NCBI RefSeq assembly: GCF_036321535.1
Contig: NC_087437.1
Location: 83,082,001 to 83,146,000, forward strand
Length of the DNA stretch: 64,000 nucleotides
Reading direction: 5' to 3'
DNA from: Camelus dromedarius
Lineage: Eukaryota
The notes beneath the pieces were generated by a model. That model worked only from the letters and a program-made list of their open reading frames with translations. It was not told the origin of the DNA and searched no databases. Position numbers and translations under genes: made by a program. Below are positions 41,390 to 52,600 of the stretch, one piece after another; positions within the stretch are counted from its first letter, which is position 1; every line of letters starts with the position of its first letter.

Positions 41390-42300
41390 GGTTAAACAAT
41401 TGATAAATTCAACTATATAACTGTCAAAAACATCATGAGTAACATCAAACGTCAGACACAAATTGGGAAATTATTGCAATAAATATTATACCATTTCTGT
41501 GATTTTATTCCATAAGGAGCTTCTACAAATCAGTAGGAATAATCAGTAGAAAATGGATAAAGGACAGAAACAGAAAAACCTCAAAAGAAATACAATTTTA
41601 ACACATTAAAAATGTTTGACCTCATTACTAATCAGAGAAGCATAATTTGAAAGTTATGAGGGCATATTTATTTTGCCTATCAAAATAACAAGATTTTTAA
41701 AGCGATACTATATAGTGTTATCTAACATACAGTACAGTGGAAACCTATTTGCATTCCTGGTAAAAGTATAAATGGGTGCAATCACTGGAAAATAATTTGA
41801 TAATAGATTAAGGAAAGTCTTAAATGTTCAGACCTGTGACAAGTAACCATGAATCTAGCAGAAAGAAATATTTAAAATCTCAGACAAAGATTGACATAAA
41901 ATGATGCCCATTCTCATGTAATTGTAATAGTTATAGTGTAATAGTGAAAAATTCAAATGGAAAACATTTGGTCAACATGAATAAGTCAATGTGAGTCATC
42001 CATATAATAGTATATTGTGCAATGATTAAAAACAGTGTTTATTTAGAATGTTCAATGTAATGACAAAATACAGTAAAACAGTATGTGAAAAATAAAATAT
42101 AAAATTTTATATGGAGAATAATCTAAATTTTTCAAATAAATACTTACATATGAATGAAAAGGAAAGGCAGCACAGAAACATATCAAAATTTTAACACTAG
42201 TTTTCTCTGTGCAATGGAAATTGTCATTTTTTAATTTTCTTCTATTTCAAATTGTCTACAACAAGTGTTATTTTAACAATCAGAAAGCACTTTTTTAATT
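41390..42300 (+). mobile_element. Highly decayed L1 (L1ME-like) fragments
   Basis: Weak ORF2-end similarity (ctcattactaatcagagaagcata, ggtaaaagtataaatgggtgcaatc, tcaaaattttaacactagttttctctg). Confidence 0.5.
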
Positions 42301-43750
42301 AAATAAATAAAATGACATGCTCTTAGTTTAAAACTTGATAACCCCCAAATAATTATTGGAGATCCAACTAATGTTTTCTGCACTTTACAATTCTGTAGTG
42401 GCTAAATCACAATGGATCTGTTGAGGAAGTGTCTGCTCCGTTCTGGTGATAATGACATTCATGGTTATAAATAGTAAGAGTTTGCTGACAATCTTGCAGG
42501 TATCTCAGACCATTCAGGAATATATTCACCTCTTGTGGTGATGCATTCTTGAGACCACTTGCCTCTAAAGCAATAATTCTTCAGTGTTAAGTTTTACTCT
42601 TTTGAACATCAAGTGTTTTCACAATATTCTGATTCTATGATGCTCACATTTATTAAACTTCCAGTGTATTTTTAAACCTCATTTATCCCTTATATTTTTC
42701 CTTATAGACCAAGAATTCTAATCTGTTGGGGAATGCTTTATTTCAACCTACCTTCATTTATTTTAGTTAACTCAAGAATGACTTATTCATTGATTTGTTA
42801 TTTAGTAAATGTCTGCTCTGTGCTACATCCTTTCTTAGAAGATCAGTTGACTCTCCTGGACATTTCCACATTGATAATTTACTGGATATGTATCAACCAT
42901 AACTACACTCTACATTCCTGGAACAGAGGGAAAACATTTTGGAGAGGAGATCTCTTTCCTTTTGGCTGTTACTGAAACAGTTACTAACTTTTAAATCTCA
43001 GACTATTTGTGACTGATACCTTTAGAAACAAAATTCAGAATGAACATTTGACATCTATATGATTTGAATTGTTATTTTTTCATTAAATGCCTTACTCTTG
43101 GTAACCTGAGGTCTAAAAAATGAACATTTTAAAGCTATATAATTTGAATGAGTTTTTTCATTAAATGCCTTGCACTTGCCAACTTGAAGTCACATAACAT
43201 AGTTTACTTTCACTTTTCCCAGTTGATAATTAATCGGACAGAAATAAGTTTTACATTGATATTTTATTTCTCTAAAAATCAAAACATAAACTAAAAAGCT
43301 CCCTAAAATTACATCAGGGGGTTAAAATATATTATTCTTCATATAATTTATTTAATACATAGGGAATGTCGGACACAATTTTAAACATCATTTCATCATT
43401 CAGGTTAATAATCCATTTCATCTGTTAAATTGTAAGTTATACGGCAAACCACATTATTAAAAAAAAAAAAAACCCAAAAGCTTTGCTAGGGTTTTCTGTT
43501 ATTACTATAAATGTATGCCTTTGCTTATTTATTATAGGTAAATTTAGGCTTCTCTAAATTCAGAAGTGATGCAAACAAACTATAGTCATTTGTGCAGTTT
43601 TTACACAATGGATCTTAAGGAAGAGGAGAGACTTCAAGGAACTTAAAAATTTAAAAAAACCTCTAAGAATTGTAAGGAAAAAACCTTAAAGAACTTAAAT
43701 GTTTCTGGAGGTTAATATTTCTACCGAAAAAAAGTTAAATGCTTTCTCAC

Positions 43751-44040
43751 CTGGATTTCCCCAGTAAGAGTTTTATAAAGGCTAGTTGGTTACCTGATGA
43801 TGGCTTTTAAAGTAAATCCAGAAATAAAATTCTATCCTTCTGATTATTTAGGAGAATATTTCTACCAACAAGTCAATGATGATATTTATGTCATTGGTAG
43901 AGAATGGTTCAAATATTTTAGATAATTCTAAAGGGATTTACTTGGCATTGACATCAGAGTATAGCCTGAGAGACCTAATCTCCTAAACATTACAAACATC
44001 CTAAACTGGGATAATTAAGTGCATCCTTTGAGACCTAAAG
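43751..44040 (-). promoter_or_regulatory. Candidate OR5K promoter and non-coding first exon
   Basis: Minus-strand donors CAG|GTGAGA (exon ends 43751) and CAG|GTAACC (about 43794). Homeodomain TAATTA (44012-44017) and O/E-like TCTCAAAGG (44025-44033) lie upstream. Confidence 0.35.
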
Positions 44041-45376
44041 AGTAAGTAAAATGCCCATTTCTAAGCAAATTTTAAAGGCCATGTTTTGATTTTTAATTCA
44101 TGCGAGTTTATACTGTTTATCCTTATTACCAATCTCAATATAAAATTCTAATTGGAAGAAAAAATTCCCACTGGATTGGTGAGCAAAGGCTTCATAGAGG
44201 AAGTGGGAACTGAGCTAGGATTTACTGACTCTGAGGGGAGAAGTTGTGTGAGCAGACGTCTTAAAGTAGCACATTTCCCATCTCTTTTTAATGTCAATAT
44301 ACAATTTCTAGAATCTTCTTTTGAAATTACATATATAATGTCTTTAATCTTAAACTTTAGTTACTAGAATAACCTTTACATTTTTCTTGCAAATCCAAAA
44401 GCTGCTTCTGAAAAGATTTCTTTCTTCAAAATATTCCCTAATTTAGAACTTTCCCATCATTTATAGTGTAATGAATCCCTGTTGCCCATCAAACTCAACT
44501 CTTAATTTGTTTGGTTAATTATATATCTTGATTTTCCTAACCCTACCTCATCTGAGTTCACTTTACCTCCTTGTATTCTGCACTCCCATTTACCATCCCT
44601 AAGCCAAGCCCTTCTCTTCATGGCCTTTTGAGTAAGTCACTTTCATTCTTCATTTGGTGCCTTTTGCCTTAACCATATTACCTTCACCATTTCCCCCCAT
44701 CTGTCTAAATCCTACCCCTCCCTTAATGGTCAAATCAAGATCTATGTAGGACAAGCTCATCTATCTCCTTCTCACTTCCCAACTCATATTACCATATAAC
44801 ACCTTCTCAGGTTTCAGTATTTGCCTTGTGTGATCCTCTGGAACTTCATGGGTGTAGGTCTTATTTCCCTCAGTGTGATTACAACCTCATTTATATCAGG
44901 ATTATATATATTTCTGAGATGTACCCTGAAGACACAGCAAAAAAAAAAAAAAAGGCAGAAATAAAGAATTTCCCTCAGAATTTAACTCTTGAGCAGTGTG
45001 ATTATTTCAGAGGAGGGCCACATTACTATATAGATGCAGGACCAAGTGTGTTGATATAGCACGATGGGGAGACTTTCTCCTACAAGGAGAGCTTAAGATT
45101 TCCTGGGCACAAGGCTCTACCAAAGGAACTGTGGGAGAAGGATGAATGTTGCTCCTAGCTCAGCTCTTACCCATGAAACCATGTGAGCTCAGTGAAAGAC
45201 TCATGGAGTTGGTGAAAAGGATCATGTAGCTCATTTCTTGTTATTTTGACTTTCTTACAAATTTATGAAAATTTTTAGGCTTACTTGAACATTTTGAAAA
45301 GTCCTTACATTCAGTATCACAAAACAGCTGCCATTTCTTGCACCATTATTTCATACATTCATGCAATAAATACTAT

Positions 45377-45790
45377 TGTTAGAGGAGGAGGTCATCAAGA
45401 AGACATGACTGCTGGTTGACCTGAAACCTGGACCTGGGCAATTGGGTAGTCACCCTCTCCCCTGTCCTTCGAATGTACTTCTTGCCCACTTTTCCCACAG
45501 TGGGACTTGTTCCAAGGGCACAGTCTTGAGAGAGCAAGGTGGTGTTGAGACCATCTGAGCGGTATACGTAGACTAAGCCCAGTTAAGGCCTCTGTATAAA
45601 CTTTTAAGATTCTGACAAGTGGAAGTGGAGATCTACTTGTCTTGTAGCTGCCCAAGACAAGCCTTGTATGTAAGTTCTCTTGCTTATTAAAACTATCACC
45701 TACCAATCTGCAGTGGTCTGCCTTTCTTTGATCTCTCCTTGCCCTCTGTGTCCAGGGGCCAGTTTGCAAATCAGCAACTCTGTGTTATCA
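45377..45790 (+). mobile_element. Solo ERV LTR (ERV1-class by its 4-bp TSD), 414 bp
   Basis: TG...CA termini (TGTTAG... / ...TTATCA) and a perfect TSD CTAT (45373-45376, 45791-45794). TATAAA at 45595-45600 and ATTAAA at 45686-45691. Confidence 0.85.
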
Positions 45791-45799
45791 CTATTATAA

Positions 45800-47200
45800 A
45801 TTCTATTCTCATGGAGCTTCCATGCTCATTGAGGAGACTGGGGAAGCAAATGTAAACAAATACATAAATAAGAAAAGTAACTAACTAGTAAGTGCTTTGC
45901 TGAGAGTAAAACGGAGTTATGTGATAAAGAATGACTGGGAGTTACTTCAGATCAGGTGATTTGGAAAACGTCTATAGGAAAGGTGAACAGGCAGGCTCAG
46001 ACATGAGTAGCAAGAAGCCAGTCATGGTAGTTTGGGGAGGAGCATGTTAGGTACAGAGGCAATAGTGAAAACTCTTTAAGGCAGAAATAAGTTCTGCGTG
46101 TTTGCGGAACCCATAAAAGGCAGTGGAAAGTGGTTGATAATGGGATTGAACAGTTGATCTTGCAGGGTTTGTAACACAGGGTATGGAGTTTGCATTTTAT
46201 TTTCAGCTCAATGAGAAGCCTTGGGAGGGTGTATTAGTTTCCTATTGCCTCTCTAACAAATTGCTACAAACTCAGTAGCTTGAAACAACACATTTATTCT
46301 TTCACAATTCTGGAGGTTAGAAATCTGAAATGATTCTCACTGGGCTAAAATTAAGGTGTCAACATCCTTTCTGGAGGCTGCGGAGGAGAATCCGCTTCTT
46401 TGTCTTTTTCAGCCTCTGGGGTCTGACTGCATTCCTTGGCTCACGACTGCTTTCCATCTTCAAAGCCTGAGATAGCCAGTTAAATCTTTCTCACACTGTA
46501 CCACTCCGATTCTGACTCCTCTGCTTCTGTTTTCAACATTTAAAAAATTACACTGGGCCCACCTGAAGGTTACTAGGAGTATTTAATTCCCCCTTGTCAT
46601 GTAACATAACATACGCACCATTTCTGAGGATTAGGATGTGGACATTTTTGGGGTGGAGCATTATTCTGCCTACCAAACCAGAGTTTTTTAAAGCAGAGAA
46701 ATGGCATTACCTTTTCACATTTTCTCAGAAAATGGATCATGCAGGGTGAGGATGAAAGTAGGGAGAGCAGCTGGGAGGATATTGCAGTGGTCCAGAATAA
46801 GGGTGATAGCCGTGGACATGGAGAATGCAGATGATTGCATTATGTTTTGGAGGATGAGTCAACAGGATTTGCTAATGATTTCTGTTTGAATCGAGGTTAA
46901 AAGAATAAGGAAAATGCCTAGATTTTTTTGTCTTGAGCATCTGAGGGGAACAAGGTAGCATTTATTGGGTTAAAGGAGACTGGAGGAGGAATACATTTTT
47001 TGGGGGAGTATAAAGCTAGAAATATTTGAGAATATTTGAGGTGCTTATCAGTTATCTAAGTGGAGATGTCAAACAGGTAATTGAATATAAAAGACAAAGC
47101 TGGAGATTCGGAGTCATCAGCATTTATATTTAAAGACTTGGAACTGAGTGAGATCATTTAGGGAGAGTGACAAGGCAGAAAAGAGAAGGGTGCCTGAGAG
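45800..47200 (-). mobile_element. L2 relic interrupted by an MLT1 LTR
   Basis: ctcatggagcttccatgctcattgaggagac...ggagtttgcattttatt; resumes after about 46680 (caggatttgctaatgatt, tctaagtggagatgtcaaacaggtaattgaatata). Confidence 0.7.
46229..46677. mobile_element. MLT1 (MaLR) LTR
   Basis: tgtattagtttcctattgcctctctaacaaattgctacaaactcagtagcttgaaacaacac...ggattaggatgtggacatttttggggtggagcattattctgcctacca. Confidence 0.85.
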
Positions 47201-48887
47201 AGCGCCTTCTGGGACTCTCTGGTTTAGATTATACCAGATTATCTGGGATACAGAATGTCTGGAGGGGACAGAATACAGTGCTGTAGAAATTACAGGATGT
47301 ATCCTGAAAAGGATAAGGTCAGAGTGCCAAATCAAGGAGCTTGAATTCTATTTAGTAGGTCCTGAATAAATTTGTCAGGGGACTGAGTCTATCAAATCTG
47401 AGTTTCAGAAAAACAATTCTGTGTATGACTCATTGCTTTTTCTCTGCTACATTTTGCATGTTTGATGTGGCATAAATGACAGATTAATAAACAAGTGTTT
47501 GGGTGCCCGTCACAAACCATTTTAGATTAAAGCTGTGGGATAAATATGACTTTAAGGTTGGTATTTTAAAAAACTTAAGATAACAAAAAAAAAAGACTCC
47601 AAACTTAATGTGATGAATATTGGTTTGCTCTTCTGGTCGTGTTTCACCCATTGTTCAAGAGTGGGCAGTGCCAAGCATAGTGCTAATAAACAATAGTAAA
47701 TTCAAAGCCATATAAGGCTCAATCCCTGTTTGCAGTGACTTCTCAATGTACTGGGGAGGCAGTCATGTAAACAAATAATTAGAATGCAAAGTGACAAGAA
47801 TCTATAGTATAATCATACATTGGGAACTATGGGAGAACAGATGGGAGTGACTTAATTTGCCTGGGGGTGTTAAAAAAGCTTTCTGGAAGAAAACTCTAGT
47901 TTCCATAATAAAAAAACATTCTAGTTTGGCAGTAGAGAGCAAATCTCCATGTGGGAGGGGCAAAACAGATTCTCCAAACCTTTCCCCAGATTCTCATGTC
48001 CCCCCTGGGGAAGTAGTCACCACTGTTGCCAAAACCATGGTGACCACAAGAAGGCATTTCTCTCCCACTCACTCTGGTCCAAGTGATTTCCTGTAGGACA
48101 GTTTAAGAAGGATCATTTGTACATGCCCTGACTAGACTTGGAGATAACCATTGGGAAACAAAATGTGGTAATGTACAAGTAGAAGAGTAAGTCCCAAACC
48201 TTCCCCCACTGAGAAGGCGCGTCAGCAGAAGATTTTGACTGCCTGGCACACTCCTATGGGGTTTGTCAGGTAATGAATAATTGCCCACTGGCTAGCCATG
48301 ATGCCTCTTCATTTGCTCCCATTCAAGATAGTGTACTGTAATGTAAAGGAGTGAGGAAGGTATTACTGAGTTAGTTTGGAATCAACTCTAGTTTTATAAA
48401 AAAGTAAATCATGTTAATCTATGGCACTTTGTTGTTAGAAACACATTAATTGTGATGCATCTCATAACCGATTGTGACAGATCCAGGTGTTGAAATGGCC
48501 TGAATGCTGCTGATCTTGATAATCTGGTTTAGATGAGTGAGTCAGTCATCTTGTACTTAAGGTTCCTTACAGCAGGGCGTCCTTACTTATCTCTAAGTCA
48601 GCCCTTGAGAGGGAGATGCCGTCTTTTCCCAGTCACCTGGAAGTTTAGGCCTGGCTCAGCCACAGGAGATCTATTTCCAAGAATGTGAGAGACAGGAGAG
48701 TGGGCAGGGGCTCCCCTTCTGGTATTTTGCCTAAGGGCTGAGCTCTTCCCCTTGAGACTGACACTACCACAAACGCCCAAACCTTCAGGGGAGCTTCCAA
48801 CCTTAACCACAGAACAGACCCAATATCCCTAACAAAGAAATCATGTTAACATATCCTACCATTAGGCCCAGCATCTCTATAAGAAAT

Positions 48888-48906
48888 ACACACACACACA
48901 CACACA
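48888..48906. repeat. Short (CA)n microsatellite
   Basis: Read directly from the sequence. Confidence 0.9.
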
Positions 48907-49479
48907 GGGGTGGGGCGTGTTTTATTATAGATTACCCAGGAGAGGATATTTGACACTGGCCTTGAAAATATGCAGATATTTTCTCAGCAGAGAAGATTGG
49001 AAAGTGAATGCTAAGCAAAGTATCAAAGGCATGAAAGCTCGTGGATTGTTGGAGGAACAGAAAGCAGCCCCCAGTCTGGCCAGAGTGTAAGGTGTATTAG
49101 AGAAACCGTAATTATCTTATAGGTAGATTGCTTAATGACTGATCCAGTTTTGAGGTCCTCTGCCAAAATAATATCAAATAAACTAGCTATTCATGATCAA
49201 GTGATTACTAAGGAGAAGTTCTAAAGTCATTCAGTACCTGCCAGACAAAAATCCCCGAATCTGTTGTTGTCATAGTCAGAAGACTTCCTAAGACAGATGT
49301 AGGAATTAAGAGACAGAAAGTGTTAGACTAAGTTGCGCTCAGTACAGAAATTCCTAACTGGAGACATGGAGCTTGCTTTCTTTTTCTTCCTCTCTCCTCC
49401 CCTTCCTCCTCCCTGGCCCCTTGTCTTCCTCCCTTACTTTCTTCTTCATATATACACACAGTTATTTGGTATAATTTTA

Positions 49480-50855
49480 CTCACATGCATTTTGTGTCTA
49501 TTTTATGTCAGCCACAATACTAGGCACTACAGTTAAGCAATAAGCAAATGCAGACATGGTATCTGCTTCCTCTCCTCTTATAGAATTGAAAAAAGTTACA
49601 GGAGACAGGTATTAACCAAACAATCATTTAAATGAATTTAAAATTATGACTTCACTATTATGAAGGCCAGGCTATTGGAGACAGAGCCTATAATAGAGAG
49701 GTTTGGCCTGATCTGAAAAGGTATTATAATGTAGTAGTTAACCCTGTGGGTTCTGGCTGGAAGCAGGACCTAATTTTAAATCCTGGCTATGCCACTTCGT
49801 TGCTGATTATGGGAAGATCACTTAACCTCTCTGTTAGTCAACTTCCTTATCAGAAAAATGGATATTATCATGGATTATACTCTGAAAATGGAGACTAAAA
49901 AGGTGGTTTTGAAGACCTAGTGAATTATTTGTAAAACATAGAAAGGAGTCTAATATGTAGTAAATGTTCAATAAATGCTAAATGCTGTTACCACCACCAC
50001 CACCACCATCATTATTACTTGAGGTAGATGGGGTGCTAGGGGAGGTGACAGAAAGATTTCCTGAAAAAGTGATGACTGAGCTGAAATTTGGAGGTTGAAC
50101 ACAATTTACTAGGGAAAAGTGGAGTGGGTGAGTTGTGAGAATAACATATACGAAGGCCTTATTTCTGGAGTGAACATTATAATTTCAAGGTCTGAAAGAA
50201 ACATTGAGGCAAAGAGAGTTAAGGGCAAAATGGTTTAAGGGAAAAAGGAGCTGTGGGCAGGGTACAGATAATGTGGGGGTTTTCTAAACAATATTAAGAA
50301 TCTGGGACTTCATTCTGATAGCAATAAAAACACATTGTAAGTTTTTATATAGAAGGATGACATGGTCAGATTTATATTTTATAACTAATTCTGGATGAAG
50401 CATGAAGACTAGTTTGCAAGCTGGAAAAATTAGATGTGGACAAACTGCACAGGAAAGAGATTATGGTAGCATGGACTAGGTGGTGGTGATGACTGGAATG
50501 GACAAACTGGAGAAATTTTTAGGATGTAGAATGAGCAGGGTTTTGTGGTAGATTGTAGGGTTCAGAGAGGAAGAATCTGAATTTCTGGCTTATGCAACAG
50601 GGTGATGATGACTCACTGAGCCTGGAAACCCTGGGAGAGGATCAGGCTTGGGGAAAGAGGCAAGAAGGAGGTAAGATTTCACAGACACTTGGTATGAGGT
50701 ACCTTTGAGACGTTAGAAGATGTCTAATTGGCAGTTGAATACAAGGGTTTGAGGTTCAGAGGAGCAGTCTGATCATACGTTTCTGTGAAGATGTAAGAGC
50801 CAACAGTCTAGAAGTGGTTTCTGAAGCCGAGAGAGAGGATACAGGTAAGAAAGCC
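49480..50855 (-). mobile_element. L2 relic with nested MIR (about 49725-49990, plus strand)
   Basis: L2-like purine-rich body. MIR core aaatcctggctatgccacttcgttgctgattatgggaagatcacttaacctctctg. Confidence 0.65.
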
Positions 50856-50860
50856 TAGAG

Positions 50861-51176
50861 CAATGCTGTCCATTTGAAATATCCTGTGAGTCACATATGT
50901 AATGGAGAATTTTCTAGTAATTACATTAGAAGATAGTAAAAAGAAACATGAATTTAATTTTAATAATAAACATTTTATTTAATTATATAAGTATAAAATA
51001 TTATCATTTCAACATGTAATCAATACAAAATTATTAATAAGATTTTACATTACTTTTTTATACCAAATTTTCAAAATCTGGTGTGTTTCTTTATACTTAC
51101 AGCACACTGTAATTCAGAATACACACAGTTCAAGTAATCAATAGCTATCTGCTTGGTGCCTATTGGCTGGCACAAG
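50861..51176. mobile_element. MER33-like hAT (Charlie) DNA transposon
   Basis: caatgctgtccatttgaaatatcctgtgagtcacatatgtaat...tattatcatttcaacatgtaatcaata...tacttacagcac. Confidence 0.85.
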
Positions 51177-52044
51177 TCTAGGGGTAGGGAGAAAAGGGAG
51201 GAGAAAAGCAAAAGAGAGAGCAAGAGGGAGAGGAAGAGACGTAGGATAATGCAGTAAAAGTCAAGGGGACAATATTTCCCCAAAAAGTTAGTGGTCAAAA
51301 GATTCAACTGACTTCAGACTTTGCCGCTATCAAAGTTGGTTTTTTTTTCCCCCCCGAAAGCTTCATTGTTCTGCCCTATTTTGGAAAACATTAACTGACC
51401 TCATTGTCAACTCTTCAGTTCCTGTCTCACCTCTTTCTATTTTTACCACCAAACTTCTTAAAAAGTGTTCTACCCCTGCTGTTTTCATTAACTCTCTTTA
51501 ATCATCTGCAACCTAGAGTTTTCATTCCCATTATTTTGTGAAAATCACACGCTCCAGCTACCTGTCCATCAAGTCCTATTATCTTTCTTGGACCTTTGTT
51601 CTCCTTGACCTCTCTAAAATATTTGAAAGATTAAATATTCTCTCATTCTTAAAACTGTTACTTTCCATTTCATCATAAGCATTTTTTGAAGTTCCAAGTC
51701 TGAGCATTTCTTTTCACGTAGAAATTAGTGACTCACCACTGAATGCAGCTGATTCCCAAATTTTTATTTGCAGCCCTAATAACTCCACCTAACTGATACC
51801 TATGGGATATTTCCATAATATCTAATCATCCCCTCAAACTCGCCATACTTGAAAGGAGAATTATCTTCTACCAGGAGGGACTTTTCCCTCCAAATTCCCC
51901 TAGGCTATCACAGCATGTGACAGAGATTGGTCAGGAAAAGCATCCCTGGAAAAGCATCCTCTTAGCTGGGGGCTGGAAGTACATAAGCGTTAACCAGATA
52001 ACAGGGGAAGACTAAGGGAAACAGTAATCCAGGTTGTAGATGCC

Positions 52045-52600
52045 GTTTGTTCACTCAAATACCCTTTCATGTCTTTGTCAGCAGTGTCATCTGACTATTA
52101 CATGACATGCTCTGTGCTAGTCTTTGGGATAAGCAATGAGCAAGTTAAACTTGGTCCCTGCCCTCATGGAGCTTATCATCTAGTGGTGGAGAGACACATT
52201 AAACGAATGATTACAATTGTATTTAGTGCCATGAAGAAAAGTACAGAAAAGTACAGGTGCATATAATAGGTGACTCATTCATCTGGGGATGGAGGCAGGA
52301 AAAAATTCTCAGACAGAACAGCCCATAAATTGAAGCCTTGAGAGTACATGAATTAACCACAAAATTGGGGAAGAAGCAAGACAAAGGGCATTTATGCCGT
52401 AGGTAGCATTTGGAAGCATTGAGTTGGGAAGTAGCCTGGGGGTTCAGGGAATTGAGAGGTCAGTGCACTTGTAGCACAGCAAATTAGAGGGATAGTGGTG
52501 GTCAGTGACGCTAGAACGGGAGTCAGGGGGTCAGATATCACAGGGCTTTGTGGTCCAGGCTCAAGATTCTCAAGTGTATCTTAAAAGCAACAGGAAGACA
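52045..52600 (-). mobile_element. L2 relic
   Basis: tttgttcactcaaata...ggtccctgccctcatggagcttatcatctagtggtggagagaca. Confidence 0.7.
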
